This document shows positions 19,629-30,303 of a stretch of 64,000 nt of DNA, one piece after another. The first letter of the stretch is position 1. Every line of letters starts with the position of its first letter. The position numbers were made by a program, and so were the translations under genes. Where the stretch lies: contig JAWLAI010000005.1 in NCBI GenBank assembly GCA_041395565.1, positions 293,364-357,363 on the forward strand, in the 5' to 3' direction. Under the pieces are notes generated by a model. That model worked only from the letters and a program-made list of their open reading frames with translations. It made no database searches and was not told where the DNA came from. The DNA comes from Pseudomonadota bacterium (GTDB lineage Bacteria; Pseudomonadota; Gammaproteobacteria; UBA9214).

Positions 19629-20609
19629 ATGCCAGGTTTCCTGAAATCCCGAACTTCGAGCGAATCGGAAAAACCTGCCAAGCAGGGCGTATTCGCGCGT
19701 CTGCGCGCCGGCCTGTCACGCACGCGCCAGAGCCTGGCCGAGGGCGTCACCGGCCTGGTACGCGGCAGCCGCAAGATCGACCGGGATCTGCTCGAGGAAA
19801 TCGAGACCACACTGCTGGTCGCGGATGTGGGCATGGAGGCCACGCGCGAGATCATAGACAATCTCACCGATCTCATCGCGCTCGGGCAGGTGACCGACGC
19901 CGATTCGCTGATGGCGGCCCTGCGCGACCGCATGCAGGCCATCCTGCAGCCCTGCAGTCTCCCGCTGACGCTCCCGGCCGACCAGCGCCCGTTCGTGATA
20001 CTGATGGTCGGCATCAACGGCGCCGGCAAGACCACGACTATCGGCAAACTGGCGCACCGTTTCCAGCAGCAGGGCAAGCAGGTGATGCTGGCCGCCGGCG
20101 ATACCTTCCGTGCCGCCGCGGTGGAGCAGCTGCAGACCTGGGGCGAACGCAACAACGTACCGGTGATCGCCCAGGACCAGGGCGCGGATGCCGCCTCCGT
20201 CATCTTCGATGCGCTGCAGTCGGCTCGCGCGCGCAATATTGATGTGCTGATCGCCGACACCGCCGGGCGCCTGCATACCCAGTCGAACCTGATGGAAGAG
20301 CTGAAGAAGATCAAGCGCGTGATGGCCAAGCTCGACCCGGCGGCGCCGCAGGAGGTGATGCTGGTGGTCGACGCCGGCACCGGCCAGAACGCGCTCAACC
20401 AGGCGCGCGAATTCAACGAGGCGGTCGGCCTCACCGGCATCACGCTCACCAAGCTCGATGGCACCGCCAAGGGCGGCATCATCTTCGCCATCGCACGCAA
20501 GACCGGCATCCCGATCCGCTTCGTCGGCGTCGGCGAAGGTATCGAAAACCTGCGCGAATTCGATGCCGCCGAGTTCGTGGAGGCCCTGTTCGCGAGCGGC
20601 GCCGACTAG
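19629..20609 (+). CDS. ftsY: Signal recognition particle receptor
   Basis: NG domain motifs [21 protein letters not shown] and [10 protein letters not shown]. Short acidic N-terminal region. Confidence 0.95.
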   Translation: MPGFLKSRTSSESEKPAKQGVFARLRAGLSRTRQSLAEGVTGLVRGSRKIDRDLLEEIETTLLVADVGMEATREIIDNLTDLIALGQVTDADSLMAALRDRMQAILQPCSLPLTLPADQRPFVILMVGINGAGKTTTIGKLAHRFQQQGKQVMLAAGDTFRAAAVEQLQTWGERNNVPVIAQDQGADAASVIFDALQSARARNIDVLIADTAGRLHTQSNLMEELKKIKRVMAKLDPAAPQEVMLVVDAGTGQNALNQAREFNEAVGLTGITLTKLDGTAKGGIIFAIARKTGIPIRFVGVGEGIENLREFDAAEFVEALFASGAD

Positions 20610-20636
20610 CCGCCGCGGACAGGCGACCGTCAGGGC

Positions 20637-21308
20637 ATGATCCGTTTCACCAACGTCAGCAAACGCTACCCCGGCGGGTTCGAGGCGCTCAGCAACATCA
20701 GCTTGCACATGGAACCCGGCTCGATGGCGTTCCTGACCGGCCATTCCGGCGCCGGCAAAAGCACCCTGCTCAAGCTCATCGCGCTGATCGAGCGCGGCAC
20801 GCGCGGCCAGATCTTCCTGGACGGGGAAAACGTCACCGCTGTCAGCAGTCGCCGCATCCCCTACATCCGCCGCAAGATCGGCTTCATCTTTCAGGACCAC
20901 CACCTGCTGTTCGACCGCACCGTGTTCGACAACGTCGCGCTGCCGTTGGTCATTGCCGGCTACCGGCACCAGGAGATCGGCCGGCGTGTGCGGGCCGCGC
21001 TCGACAAGCTCGGCCTGCTCAGCAAGGAGCGGCTGTACCCGATCACGCTCTCGGGTGGTGAGCAGCAGCGTGTCGGCATCGCGCGTGCGGTGGTCAACAA
21101 ACCCATGCTGCTGCTGGCCGACGAACCCACCGGCAATCTCGATCCCGACCTGTCGCGCGAGATCATGCAGCTGTTCTGCCTGTTCAACGACGTGGGCGTG
21201 ACGGTACTGGTCGCCAGCCACGATATTCCGCTGATCCGCTCGCTCGACTACCCGGTCCTGTCGCTGGAGCACGGCCGGCTGGTGCAGCACGCGGAAGCCT
21301 GCGCATGA
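20637..21308 (+). CDS. ftsE: Cell division ATP-binding protein
   Basis: [27 protein letters not shown] and [12 protein letters not shown], in the ftsY-ftsE-ftsX order. Confidence 0.95.
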   Translation: MIRFTNVSKRYPGGFEALSNISLHMEPGSMAFLTGHSGAGKSTLLKLIALIERGTRGQIFLDGENVTAVSSRRIPYIRRKIGFIFQDHHLLFDRTVFDNVALPLVIAGYRHQEIGRRVRAALDKLGLLSKERLYPITLSGGEQQRVGIARAVVNKPMLLLADEPTGNLDPDLSREIMQLFCLFNDVGVTVLVASHDIPLIRSLDYPVLSLEHGRLVQHAEACA

Positions 21309-22288
21309 TCGGACGCCCCGGTAAGCGGCGCGGCTCCGCCCGGGTCAGCAAACGCCCGCCGCGCATCGTGCACCCGCGCGTCTGGCTGCAGCGGCATGCC
21401 CAGGTCGCACTGGAGAGCCTGGGTCGTCTCTACCGCAACCTGCTGCCCGCGGCCATGACGGCAGCGGTGATCGGCATTGCCCTGGCGCTGCCGGCCGGAC
21501 TCTACCTGCTGCTGGACAACCTGCACCGCCTGAGCGGCAGCTGGGATGGCCAGGCCAGCATTTCGGTGTTTCTCAAGAGCGAGGTGCCGGCAGCGCAGAC
21601 CGAGGGTCTGGCGACGCGGATTCGGGCCTGGCCGGAGGTCGCCGGTCTCAAATTGATAACGCCGGCGCAGGCACTGGAGGAATTCAGCGCACGCGCCGGC
21701 CTGGCCGACGCGCTCGCGACTCTGGACGAGAATCCGCTGCCCGCCGTGCTGGTGGTGACCCCGCGCCGGGAATACACCGCACCGGAGGCAGCCGCATCCC
21801 TGCAGCAAAAGCTCCGCAGCCTGCCCGAGGTGGACCTGGCCCAACTCGATCTGGAGTGGGTGCAACGGCTGACCGCGATGATCGACATCGCGCGCCGCGG
21901 CATCGTGGTCATCGGCTCCCTGCTGGCACTGGCCGTCCTGCTGGTAATCGGCAATACCATCCGGCTGGAAATCCAGAACCGCCGCGCCGAAATCGTGGTC
22001 ATCAAGCTGATCGGCGCGACCAATGCCTTCGTGCGCCGCCCGTTCCTGTACAGCGGGCTGTGGTACGGACTGCTCGGCGGACTGCTCGCCTGGCTGCTGG
22101 TGACGGGCGGTTTCTGGCTGCTGGCCGGCCCGATCGCGCGGCTGGCAGGCCTCTACCACAGCGACTTCGCGCTCGACACCTTGCCGCTGCTGTCGCTCGG
22201 CGCGCTGCTAGCCGGCGGGACCCTGCTTGGCCTGCTGGGTTCCTGGCTGGCCGTCGGACGCCACCTCAGCACCATCGAACCGAGCTGA
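21305..22288 (+). CDS. ftsX: Cell division permease
   Basis: FtsX topology (one TM, a periplasmic domain, then three TM). ATGA overlap with ftsE. Confidence 0.9.
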   Translation: MIGRPGKRRGSARVSKRPPRIVHPRVWLQRHAQVALESLGRLYRNLLPAAMTAAVIGIALALPAGLYLLLDNLHRLSGSWDGQASISVFLKSEVPAAQTEGLATRIRAWPEVAGLKLITPAQALEEFSARAGLADALATLDENPLPAVLVVTPRREYTAPEAAASLQQKLRSLPEVDLAQLDLEWVQRLTAMIDIARRGIVVIGSLLALAVLLVIGNTIRLEIQNRRAEIVVIKLIGATNAFVRRPFLYSGLWYGLLGGLLAWLLVTGGFWLLAGPIARLAGLYHSDFALDTLPLLSLGALLAGGTLLGLLGSWLAVGRHLSTIEPS

Positions 22289-22349
22289 ACCTCCCGGCGG
22301 GCCAGATCCGCGGCCGGCTCAAGCACCGGGATATGCAGCCGACGCAATT

Positions 22350-22377
22350 GCAACTTTTCCGCGAATTGGCACTCTAT
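22350..22377 (+). promoter_or_regulatory. Candidate sigma-E/AlgU-type promoter for rpoH
   Basis: GCAACTT-N16-TCTAT resembles GAACTT-N16-TCTGA. An overlapping sigma-70-like TTGGCA-N18-TAACAT and a 7-bp palindrome GCACTCT-N7-AGAGTGC are also present. Confidence 0.35.
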
Positions 22378-22429
22378 AGGCAAGAGTGCTAACATCACAA
22401 GAGCCATTGCGAGGAACCGGATACAACCC

Positions 22430-23296
<867 letters not shown>

Positions 23297-23346
23297 GCCC
23301 CTTTAAGCGGGTGTTAAGCCGCCCCGGCCAACATTTAGCGGACGCC

Positions 23347-23364
23347 ACGGCCCTGCGGGGCCGT
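23347..23364 (+). terminator. Hairpin downstream of rpoH
   Basis: ACGGCCC-TGCG-GGGCCGT (7-bp stem) lies 50 nt after the rpoH stop. T-poor tail. Confidence 0.4.
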
Positions 23365-23415
23365 TGCCGTTACTGCGATACCTGACGAAGCGAACCGCCA
23401 CAGGAAGCGGAACAC

Positions 23416-25017
23416 GTGCATACAACATGGCTTAATCTGCTGGTCACCTCATTCCTGGTGCTGTTCACCAATCAAGCGTTTTTCAAAAACGTTGCCGCCG
23501 CCTATCCCGACACGCCGCAAACCTTTGTCTTCATTACCTCGCTCGGCATCCTGCTGGCAGGCTTCATTCTGCTCCTGCTGACGCTGCTCTCCTGGCGGCC
23601 TATCACCCGGGCGCTGCTGATCGCGGTGCTGCTGCTGGCGTCCGTGACCGCCTACTTCATGGACAGCTACAACGTGGTCATCGACACCGGCATGATACGC
23701 AATATCATGCAGACCGATATCCGGGAGAGCCTCGACCTGTTCGATGTCCGACTGCTGGTCTACGTGCTGCTGCTGGGCCTGCTGCCGGCCCTGTTTGTGC
23801 TGCGCGCGCCGCTCAAGGTCCGGCCGCTGCGCCATGAACTGCTGGCGAAACTCAAGGTCACCGGGATCGTGGCGCTGATCATCACCTCGCAGCTGCTGCT
23901 GTTCGGCAAGGCCTACGCCTCCTTCTTCCGCGAACACAAACCCCTGCGCTATTACAGCAACCCGCTGACCGGCATCTGGTCTACCGGCAAGTACCTCGCG
24001 GAAAGCGGCGCTGCAGAACCGCTGGTGGTCGCGGCGCTGGGCACGGACGCGGTCAACCATACCCTGGATGGACAGCGGGAACTGGTCGTGCTCGTGGTGG
24101 GCGAGACCGCGCGCGCCGACCGCTTTTCACTGAACGGCTATACCCGCGAGACCAACCCGCTGCTGTCGCGTGAAGACGTAATCAGCCTGCCGAATATGCA
24201 GGCATGCGGGACGTCCACCGCGGTATCGGTCCCCTGCCTGTTTTCCGGGCTGGGCCGTGACGGCTATTCGGATGACCGCGCGCGCCGCCGGGAAAATCTG
24301 CTCGACGTGCTCGCGCATGCCGGCGTGCACGTGCTCTGGCGTGACAACAATGCCGGCTCGAAAGGGGTCGCGGACCGGGTCGACTACCAGGATTTCAGCA
24401 GTCCGGAGTACAACCCGGTCTGTGACGAGGAATGCCGCGACGAGGGCATGCTGGCCGGGTTGCAGGATTACATCGACAGCACCGGGAAGGGTGACGTGTT
24501 TATCGTCCTGCACCAGATGGGCAATCACGGCCCGGCCTACTACAAGCGCTATCCACCGGAATTCGAGCACTTCGCGCCGGTATGCCGGACCAACCAGCTG
24601 GAAGAATGCAGTCAGGAGGAAATCGACAACGCATACGACAACGCGATCCTCTATACGGACTATTTCCTGTCCGAGGTCATCGACCTGCTGCGCCGGAACG
24701 ACGGGCATTTCCAGACCGCGCTGATGTATGTCAGCGATCACGGGGAATCGCTCGGCGAGCACGGAATCTACCTGCATGGTCTGCCCTGGCTCATGGCACC
24801 GGACAATCAGAAGCAGGTCGCGGCGCTGTTCTGGTTCGGAGCCGATTTCAAGCGCATCGACGTTGCCGCGCTGCGGCGCGCCAGCGCCGCTGACTGGAGC
24901 CATGACAACGTGTTCCATACCGTGCTGGGGCTGCTGGATATCGAGACCGCGGTTTACGAGCCCGAACTGGATATCACCCGCACGGCGCAGGCCGAACGCC
25001 AGCTGACACGCAACTGA
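23416..25017 (+). CDS. eptA: Phosphoethanolamine transferase (EptA/PmrC/MCR family)
   Basis: Five N-terminal TM segments plus a sulfatase-like periplasmic domain (CGTSTAVSVPCLFS, HQMGNHGPAYYKRYP, DHGESLGEHGIYLHG). GTG start. Confidence 0.85.
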   Translation: MHTTWLNLLVTSFLVLFTNQAFFKNVAAAYPDTPQTFVFITSLGILLAGFILLLLTLLSWRPITRALLIAVLLLASVTAYFMDSYNVVIDTGMIRNIMQTDIRESLDLFDVRLLVYVLLLGLLPALFVLRAPLKVRPLRHELLAKLKVTGIVALIITSQLLLFGKAYASFFREHKPLRYYSNPLTGIWSTGKYLAESGAAEPLVVAALGTDAVNHTLDGQRELVVLVVGETARADRFSLNGYTRETNPLLSREDVISLPNMQACGTSTAVSVPCLFSGLGRDGYSDDRARRRENLLDVLAHAGVHVLWRDNNAGSKGVADRVDYQDFSSPEYNPVCDEECRDEGMLAGLQDYIDSTGKGDVFIVLHQMGNHGPAYYKRYPPEFEHFAPVCRTNQLEECSQEEIDNAYDNAILYTDYFLSEVIDLLRRNDGHFQTALMYVSDHGESLGEHGIYLHGLPWLMAPDNQKQVAALFWFGADFKRIDVAALRRASAADWSHDNVFHTVLGLLDIETAVYEPELDITRTAQAERQLTRN

Positions 25018-25108
25018 CCCCTGCCGCCGCACGCCGCCCTCCGCATTGTGATCGGCCGGCCATGCCCTTAACATCGGCTGCACCTGCAACAGCACGCGGA
25101 GACTGCCG

Positions 25109-26533
25109 GTGACGCAACACCGTGCCATCGTGTGGTTCCGGGAAGACCTGCGTCTGCACGACAACCCGGCCCTGAACCACGCCTGCACCAACTACGACGG
25201 GATCATCCCGTGCTATCTGTACCAGCCGGAAGAAGCCGGAGCCTGGCGCGAGGGCGCGGCCAGCCGGTGGTGGCTGCATCACAGCCTGGCGGCACTCGAC
25301 GCCGGGCTGCGTGCCCGCGGCAGCAACCTGCTCATCCGCCGCGGTGCATCCAGTCTCGACTGCCTGCGCGACCTGGCCCGGGAAACTCGCGCCACGGCGG
25401 TGTTCTGGAACCGCCTGTATACCCCGCATGCCACCGCCCGCGACCGCCATATCAAGGCGCGGCTGCGCGAGGCCGGGTTGACGGTCAGCAGTTTCCGGGG
25501 CTCGTTGCTGTTCGAGCCACACGAGGTACTCAAGCAGGATGCCTCACCCTACCGTGTATTCACCGCCTGGTGGCGGCGCTGCCAGGCGCTGGGCTTGTAC
25601 CAACCGGAAGTGACCGCGCCCGCCGTCGTCTCCACGCCGGCGGGACTCACCGGCGCCGCCCTGGAGGCGCTCGACCTGCTGCCGCGCCTGCGCTGGGACA
25701 CGGGCCTGCACGAGTGCTGGACACCCGGCGAGACCGCAGCGCATGATCGGCTCGACCGTTTCCTGGAGGACGCCGTCGCGGAGTATGCACACCTGCGCGA
25801 CTACCCGGCAACGGCAGGAACCAGCCGGCTGTCGCCGCACCTGCACTTCGGTGAACTCAGCCCGCGCAGCCTTGTGAACCGGGCACTGCAGCTGACCGCC
25901 GATCCCGGCTGTACGGCATTGCGTCCCGCACTCGACCGCCTGCTGACCGAAGTCGGCTGGCGTGATTTCGCCGCGCACGTCCTGCATCACTTCCCGGATA
26001 CGACCGACACGGCACTGGATCCGCGGTTCCGGCGCTTCCCCTGGCGGCGCGACTATCACGCCGACCTCGGGCGCTGGCAGCAGGGCATGACCGGAATCCC
26101 CGTCATCGATGCCGGCATGCGTGAACTCTGGCATTGCGGCTGGATGCACAACCGCGTCCGCATGCTGGTGGCATCGTTCCTGACCAAGAACCTGCTGATC
26201 CCCTGGCAGGAAGGCGCGCGCTGGTTCTGGGATACGCTGGTGGACGCCGACCTCGCCAGCAACACGCTGGGCTGGCAGTGGGTTGCCGGCTGCGGCACGG
26301 ATGCCGCGCCCTACTTCCGCATCTTCAACCCGGTGACCCAGGGCAAAAAGTTCGATCCGGCGGGGGAATACGTGCGCCGCTGGATACCCGAGCTGGTAGC
26401 GCTGGATGCCCGGCACATCCACGAACCCTGGCGGGTGGGCGGGGCACCGGAGTATCCGGAACCGATGGCCGATCCCGGACGCACGCGGGCGCGGGCGCTC
26501 GATGCGTTCCGGTCGCTCAGCGGCGCGCCCTGA
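25109..26533 (+). CDS. phrB: Deoxyribodipyrimidine photolyase
   Basis: TGIPVIDAGMRELWHCGWMHNRVRMLVASFL and WQWVAGCGTDAAPYFRIFNP. Confidence 0.9.
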   Translation: MTQHRAIVWFREDLRLHDNPALNHACTNYDGIIPCYLYQPEEAGAWREGAASRWWLHHSLAALDAGLRARGSNLLIRRGASSLDCLRDLARETRATAVFWNRLYTPHATARDRHIKARLREAGLTVSSFRGSLLFEPHEVLKQDASPYRVFTAWWRRCQALGLYQPEVTAPAVVSTPAGLTGAALEALDLLPRLRWDTGLHECWTPGETAAHDRLDRFLEDAVAEYAHLRDYPATAGTSRLSPHLHFGELSPRSLVNRALQLTADPGCTALRPALDRLLTEVGWRDFAAHVLHHFPDTTDTALDPRFRRFPWRRDYHADLGRWQQGMTGIPVIDAGMRELWHCGWMHNRVRMLVASFLTKNLLIPWQEGARWFWDTLVDADLASNTLGWQWVAGCGTDAAPYFRIFNPVTQGKKFDPAGEYVRRWIPELVALDARHIHEPWRVGGAPEYPEPMADPGRTRARALDAFRSLSGAP

Positions 26534-26610
26534 CGGGCAAGCGTACACGGCGCCGCAGCGGGCGGAAATATCTCAACCTGCACCACGACGATTCACGTTA
26601 AGCTAACCAC

Positions 26611-27561
26611 ATGACGGACAAGATCACCAGGATCCCGGTCGGCATCAGCAGCTGCCTGCTCGGCGAGCACGTGCGCTTCGACGGCGGGCACAAATACGAC
26701 CGTTACATCAACCGGCAACTGTCCGACTTCCTCGAGTTCCGGCCATACTGCCCGGAGGTTGCCATCGGCCTGGGCATACCGCGCGCCCCGATCCGGCTGG
26801 TACACACCGGCAGCGGCATCCGCGTCCGGGGGGTGAAGGACGCCACGTTCGATGTCACCGACCGCCTTGCCGCCTGCGGCGTGGCCGCGGCCCGCAACAT
26901 GGGCGAGCTGTGCGGTTATATCTTCAAGGCGCGCTCGCCCAGCTGCGGCATGGCACGCGTGAAAACGTACCACGAAACCGGCCTGCCCGGCCGCTCGGAC
27001 GGCACCGGCGTCTTCGCGCAGGCCGTTATGAGCGCTTATCCCAACCTGCCCTGCGAGGAAGAGGGCCGTCTGAACGACCCGGACCTGCGCGACAACTTCA
27101 TCGAACGCGTGTTCACCCGTTACCGCTGGCTGCAGCTGCAGCGGACCGGCCTCACACCCGCGCGGCTGGTCGAATTCCACACCCGCCAGAAGCTGAGCGT
27201 GATGGCGCACAACCAGGCTGCCTACCGGCGGCTCGGCCAGCTGGTGGCCACAGCGGGCCGCAAGGGATTCGGCACCTTGTGCGCGCACTATGAGACTGAG
27301 CTGATGTCAGCGCTGCAACGCCTCGCGACGCGCCGGTCGCACAGCAACGTGCTGCAGCATCTGCAGGGATACTTCAGCAAACAGCTCGCGCCGGCCGACC
27401 GCGCCGAATTGAGCGAGCTGATCGACCACTACCGGGTCGGGCTCGTGCCACTGGCGGCACCGCTGACTCTGATCCGGCATCACCTGCGTCACCACCCCAA
27501 CGAGTGGGCGCTGCAACAGACCTATCTTGACCCCTACCCGCGCGAGCTGATGCCGGCCTAG
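26611..27561 (+). CDS. ybgA: YbgA-like protein (DUF523 + DUF1722)
   Basis: GISSCLLGEHVRFDGGHK at the N-terminus. Adjacency to photolyase is as in E. coli ybgA-phrB. Confidence 0.85.
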   Translation: MTDKITRIPVGISSCLLGEHVRFDGGHKYDRYINRQLSDFLEFRPYCPEVAIGLGIPRAPIRLVHTGSGIRVRGVKDATFDVTDRLAACGVAAARNMGELCGYIFKARSPSCGMARVKTYHETGLPGRSDGTGVFAQAVMSAYPNLPCEEEGRLNDPDLRDNFIERVFTRYRWLQLQRTGLTPARLVEFHTRQKLSVMAHNQAAYRRLGQLVATAGRKGFGTLCAHYETELMSALQRLATRRSHSNVLQHLQGYFSKQLAPADRAELSELIDHYRVGLVPLAAPLTLIRHHLRHHPNEWALQQTYLDPYPRELMPA

Positions 27562-28199
27562 CCCCGGTAACGCGTGATATGGCGCGCGAACAGGAAGAAC
27601 AGCAGCATGGCCGCTGCCTGGATGAGGTGATACAGCACATTGTGATCCAGCCAGACCGGATGCAGCGTCAGGCCCGACTGCTGCACAGCGGCGGCGGCAA
27701 CGGCCAGCACCAGACCCGAGATACCGGGAAAGATCCAGAAGTGCCCGGTATCGATGAAACGCCAGAGCAGTAACAGCAGCAGGAACAGGGTGGCGGGCAG
27801 GTAATACAGCACGGCGACCAGGAACCGCGTGTCGACAAACAGCACCACGGCAACATACAGCACGAACAGCAGTGACGCCAGCACGGCAATGGCGCGCGTC
27901 AGCCAGCTTTCGTCGAGCAGACCGGCGCCGATGAACCACGTTGACAGACCGGTCAGGCCGATGGCCAGCAGAGTGACGGACCAGACCAGTGCATCCAGCG
28001 CCGGATGACGGTGCTCCAGGAAGCCATGCGAGATGCCCCCGGCAAGTGCCGCGAGCGCGAGTGACAGGAAGAAGACGACGAACCAGACCTGCAGGTGCGC
28101 GAACACGGCGCGTCCGCGCCATAACAGCGCTGCGAATACCGTGCTTTCGATAAACAGGGCAAAGTCGGTCAGGCTGACCGCCGGTTGCGCGATCACCAC
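27558..28199 (-). CDS. Hypothetical polytopic (about 7 TM) membrane protein
   Basis: 213 aa, almost entirely hydrophobic helices with conserved-looking His residues (GISHGFLEHRH, HNVLYH). No family recognised. Confidence 0.6.
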   Translation of the reverse strand: MVIAQPAVSLTDFALFIESTVFAALLWRGRAVFAHLQVWFVVFFLSLALAALAGGISHGFLEHRHPALDALVWSVTLLAIGLTGLSTWFIGAGLLDESWLTRAIAVLASLLFVLYVAVVLFVDTRFLVAVLYYLPATLFLLLLLLWRFIDTGHFWIFPGISGLVLAVAAAAVQQSGLTLHPVWLDHNVLYHLIQAAAMLLFFLFARHITRYRG

Positions 28200-28201
28200 G
28201 C

Positions 28202-28639
28202 CTAGTCCAGCGCCCTGAGTACCTGCAGGGTCGACTCGCGGGCGCGGTCGATCCCGGAGATGATCACCTCCGCGCCGGACTCGTCGTTGCCCAGATCCTG
28301 CCAGTGAGCGCTCCAGGTCGCCAGCAGTTCGTCGGCCATGCCGGTCATCGGCGTGCCGATGACCTGTGCGAGATCACGCACGGTCAGGATGTAGGCCCAG
28401 CCGGTGCGCGGATTCCCCTGCTCGGCATCCCGGTCGTAGTGGCTGTGGAACACGAGCCGCTGCAGCTCGCCGAGCTTGAGCAGGACCTCGAACGCAGCCT
28501 GGCGCTGGTTGCGGTTGGCTTCAGTCTGCTCGTTGCGCCAGGTGTTGTACCCCAGGCTGGAGAGTGCGACAGCCAGACTGACCAGCGCCACCGCGTTGCG
28601 TCGCAACTGCTCGATTATGCCGCCGTGCTCCGTCGCCAC
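28202..28639 (-). CDS. Hypothetical single-TM protein
   Basis: GTG at 28639 is preceded by GGGAGGGAG. One TM segment (AVALVSLAVALSSLGY). The stop lies 2 nt before the start codon of the next gene. Confidence 0.5.
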   Translation of the reverse strand: MATEHGGIIEQLRRNAVALVSLAVALSSLGYNTWRNEQTEANRNQRQAAFEVLLKLGELQRLVFHSHYDRDAEQGNPRTGWAYILTVRDLAQVIGTPMTGMADELLATWSAHWQDLGNDESGAEVIISGIDRARESTLQVLRALD

Positions 28640-28901
28640 CCTGCACTCCCTCCCAAATGGCTTGACCCCGGTCGCGGCGGGCGGATTCCGGCTGCAGATC
28701 CCGCCGCCGCAAGCGTCGTGTGCAGCCGATGCTACCCGAGCGGAGCGCAGCAAGACCAGCATCCGTCACACCAAGCGTGACGTTCATGGCGCAAACCGCC
28801 CGCACCGGTCCGGGATACTGGGAAGGAGTCCGTACCAGTACGGCCAGCCGGCGCTTGCCGGCAGCGGTACGGATGGCGCAGCAGCAAGGCGTGGCTTCCG
28901 C

Positions 28902-29051
28902 CTAGCTGGGGCCGAGCCGCTTCATCCAGGTCAGGCAGGCCAGCAGCATGAACAGCATGCCGATATTGTAGCTGAGCGAGGAGGCGACATTGCACATCAT
29001 GCAGAGACCGCCGATGGCATAGAGGAAAGGGAGGACCTTATGCAGGGTCAT
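28902..29051 (-). CDS. Hypothetical 49-aa two-helix membrane peptide (absent from ORF track because under 60 aa)
   Basis: ATG at 29051 is preceded by AGGAGGGTGCT. MTLHKVLPFLYAIGGLCMMCNVASSLSYNIGMLFMLLACLTWMKRLGPS, with GC3-rich codons. Confidence 0.45.
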   Translation of the reverse strand: MTLHKVLPFLYAIGGLCMMCNVASSLSYNIGMLFMLLACLTWMKRLGPS

Positions 29052-29338
29052 AGCACCCTCCTGAAACGTATATCCTTGTTATCGTGTGTCTGGTTATTGT
29101 TCCAGCGCCCCCGCAAACATCCCTGTCGGCAGGTTTCCTGAAAATCAGTCAGGCAACGCGGCCATCCGCGAACGGCACGCTTCGTACAGCCTGAAAATCA
29201 CTATATCAAGCAGATGCTACCGGAAACATTGTGGAAAATACGTACACTGCCCGCGACTGCGTCATACCCACGCCTGAAGACGCCCGGGCGCTTCCGGGAG
29301 GCGGGGGCCGGGTGTGAACCGGCGTGCATCGACACCGG

Positions 29339-30220
29339 TTAGGGATGCCGGCTCTCGAGCAGCAGGCCGAGGAGCAAGACGGCCTTTGCCGTGGCATGGA
29401 AATCACTGCGCAGGCGCCGATGCACCAGTCCGGCGCTGGTGAATCCGAGCACGCTGTCGTCCGGCAGGCGCAGGACCGGCTGGACATCCCCCCAGCCACC
29501 GTCGCTCAGCTGTGCAGCGAGGATGCGCCGGATCCAGGCCGGTCTGACGCGCTCGAACGCGCCGGAGTCGAGCAGCACGAGCACGCGCAGGATATAGGCA
29601 TCATCGACGCGCGGGTCCCGGCTCAGCCAGGTCACCGTGTCATCCTGCAACTGCCCAAGGAGCGCCGCAGTCCGGTCACGGTCGCCGCAGCCGTTGCGCT
29701 GCACCAGCCGCACCCCGAGCAGCTGGAAGGCGTTGCATTGCGGTTCACGGATGGGCGCGCTGCAGAAATCCGGCCGCAGCTGGGCCGTTACCTCCGGCGC
29801 TCGCCCCCAGCCGGCATCGCAGGTCAGGCCGTACAGCAGCAGATAATCGTAGGCCGGCAGGCCGGGCAGCCTGCCTGGCGGCGGCAGTTGCACGCTCGCG
29901 GTGTCGTCGAACATGCCGGACCAGACCGCGAAGGTGGGCTGGCTGCGCAGGTACGGCGCGTGCAGTCGATAAAAGGCCAGCAGCCGCGGACTACCCGCAT
30001 GCGCCGCTGCCTGCCTGATCATCCACCACAACTGCGGATGCCGGTAGTCCCCGCCCGGGCTCATGTGAGTCTCGAGCCAGCCGGTCGCCCGCTCGAGGCG
30101 CGCCGCGAGCTCGGCCCGTGGCGGCGGCGGGACATCGCGGTTGTTGCGCCACAGCGCCCATGCATAGGCGGCGATGATCGCCACCAGGACCAGTGCCGCC
30201 AGCAGCGACAGCCTGCGCAT
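29339..30220 (-). CDS. Hypothetical membrane-anchored protein, possible alpha/alpha-toroid (prenyltransferase/terpene-cyclase-like repeat)
   Basis: N-terminal TM anchor (LSLLAALVLVAIIAAYAWAL) and a QW-like motif AQLSDGGWGD. No catalytic motif recognised. Confidence 0.6.
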   Translation of the reverse strand: MRRLSLLAALVLVAIIAAYAWALWRNNRDVPPPPRAELAARLERATGWLETHMSPGGDYRHPQLWWMIRQAAAHAGSPRLLAFYRLHAPYLRSQPTFAVWSGMFDDTASVQLPPPGRLPGLPAYDYLLLYGLTCDAGWGRAPEVTAQLRPDFCSAPIREPQCNAFQLLGVRLVQRNGCGDRDRTAALLGQLQDDTVTWLSRDPRVDDAYILRVLVLLDSGAFERVRPAWIRRILAAQLSDGGWGDVQPVLRLPDDSVLGFTSAGLVHRRLRSDFHATAKAVLLLGLLLESRHP

Positions 30221-30303
30221 GGTGTTAACTGTATGAATTCACTGAATTCGCGCGCACGCGCCTGCCCCCGAACAGCGGCGCGGGAGTGCGGCCCATGATG
30301 GCA

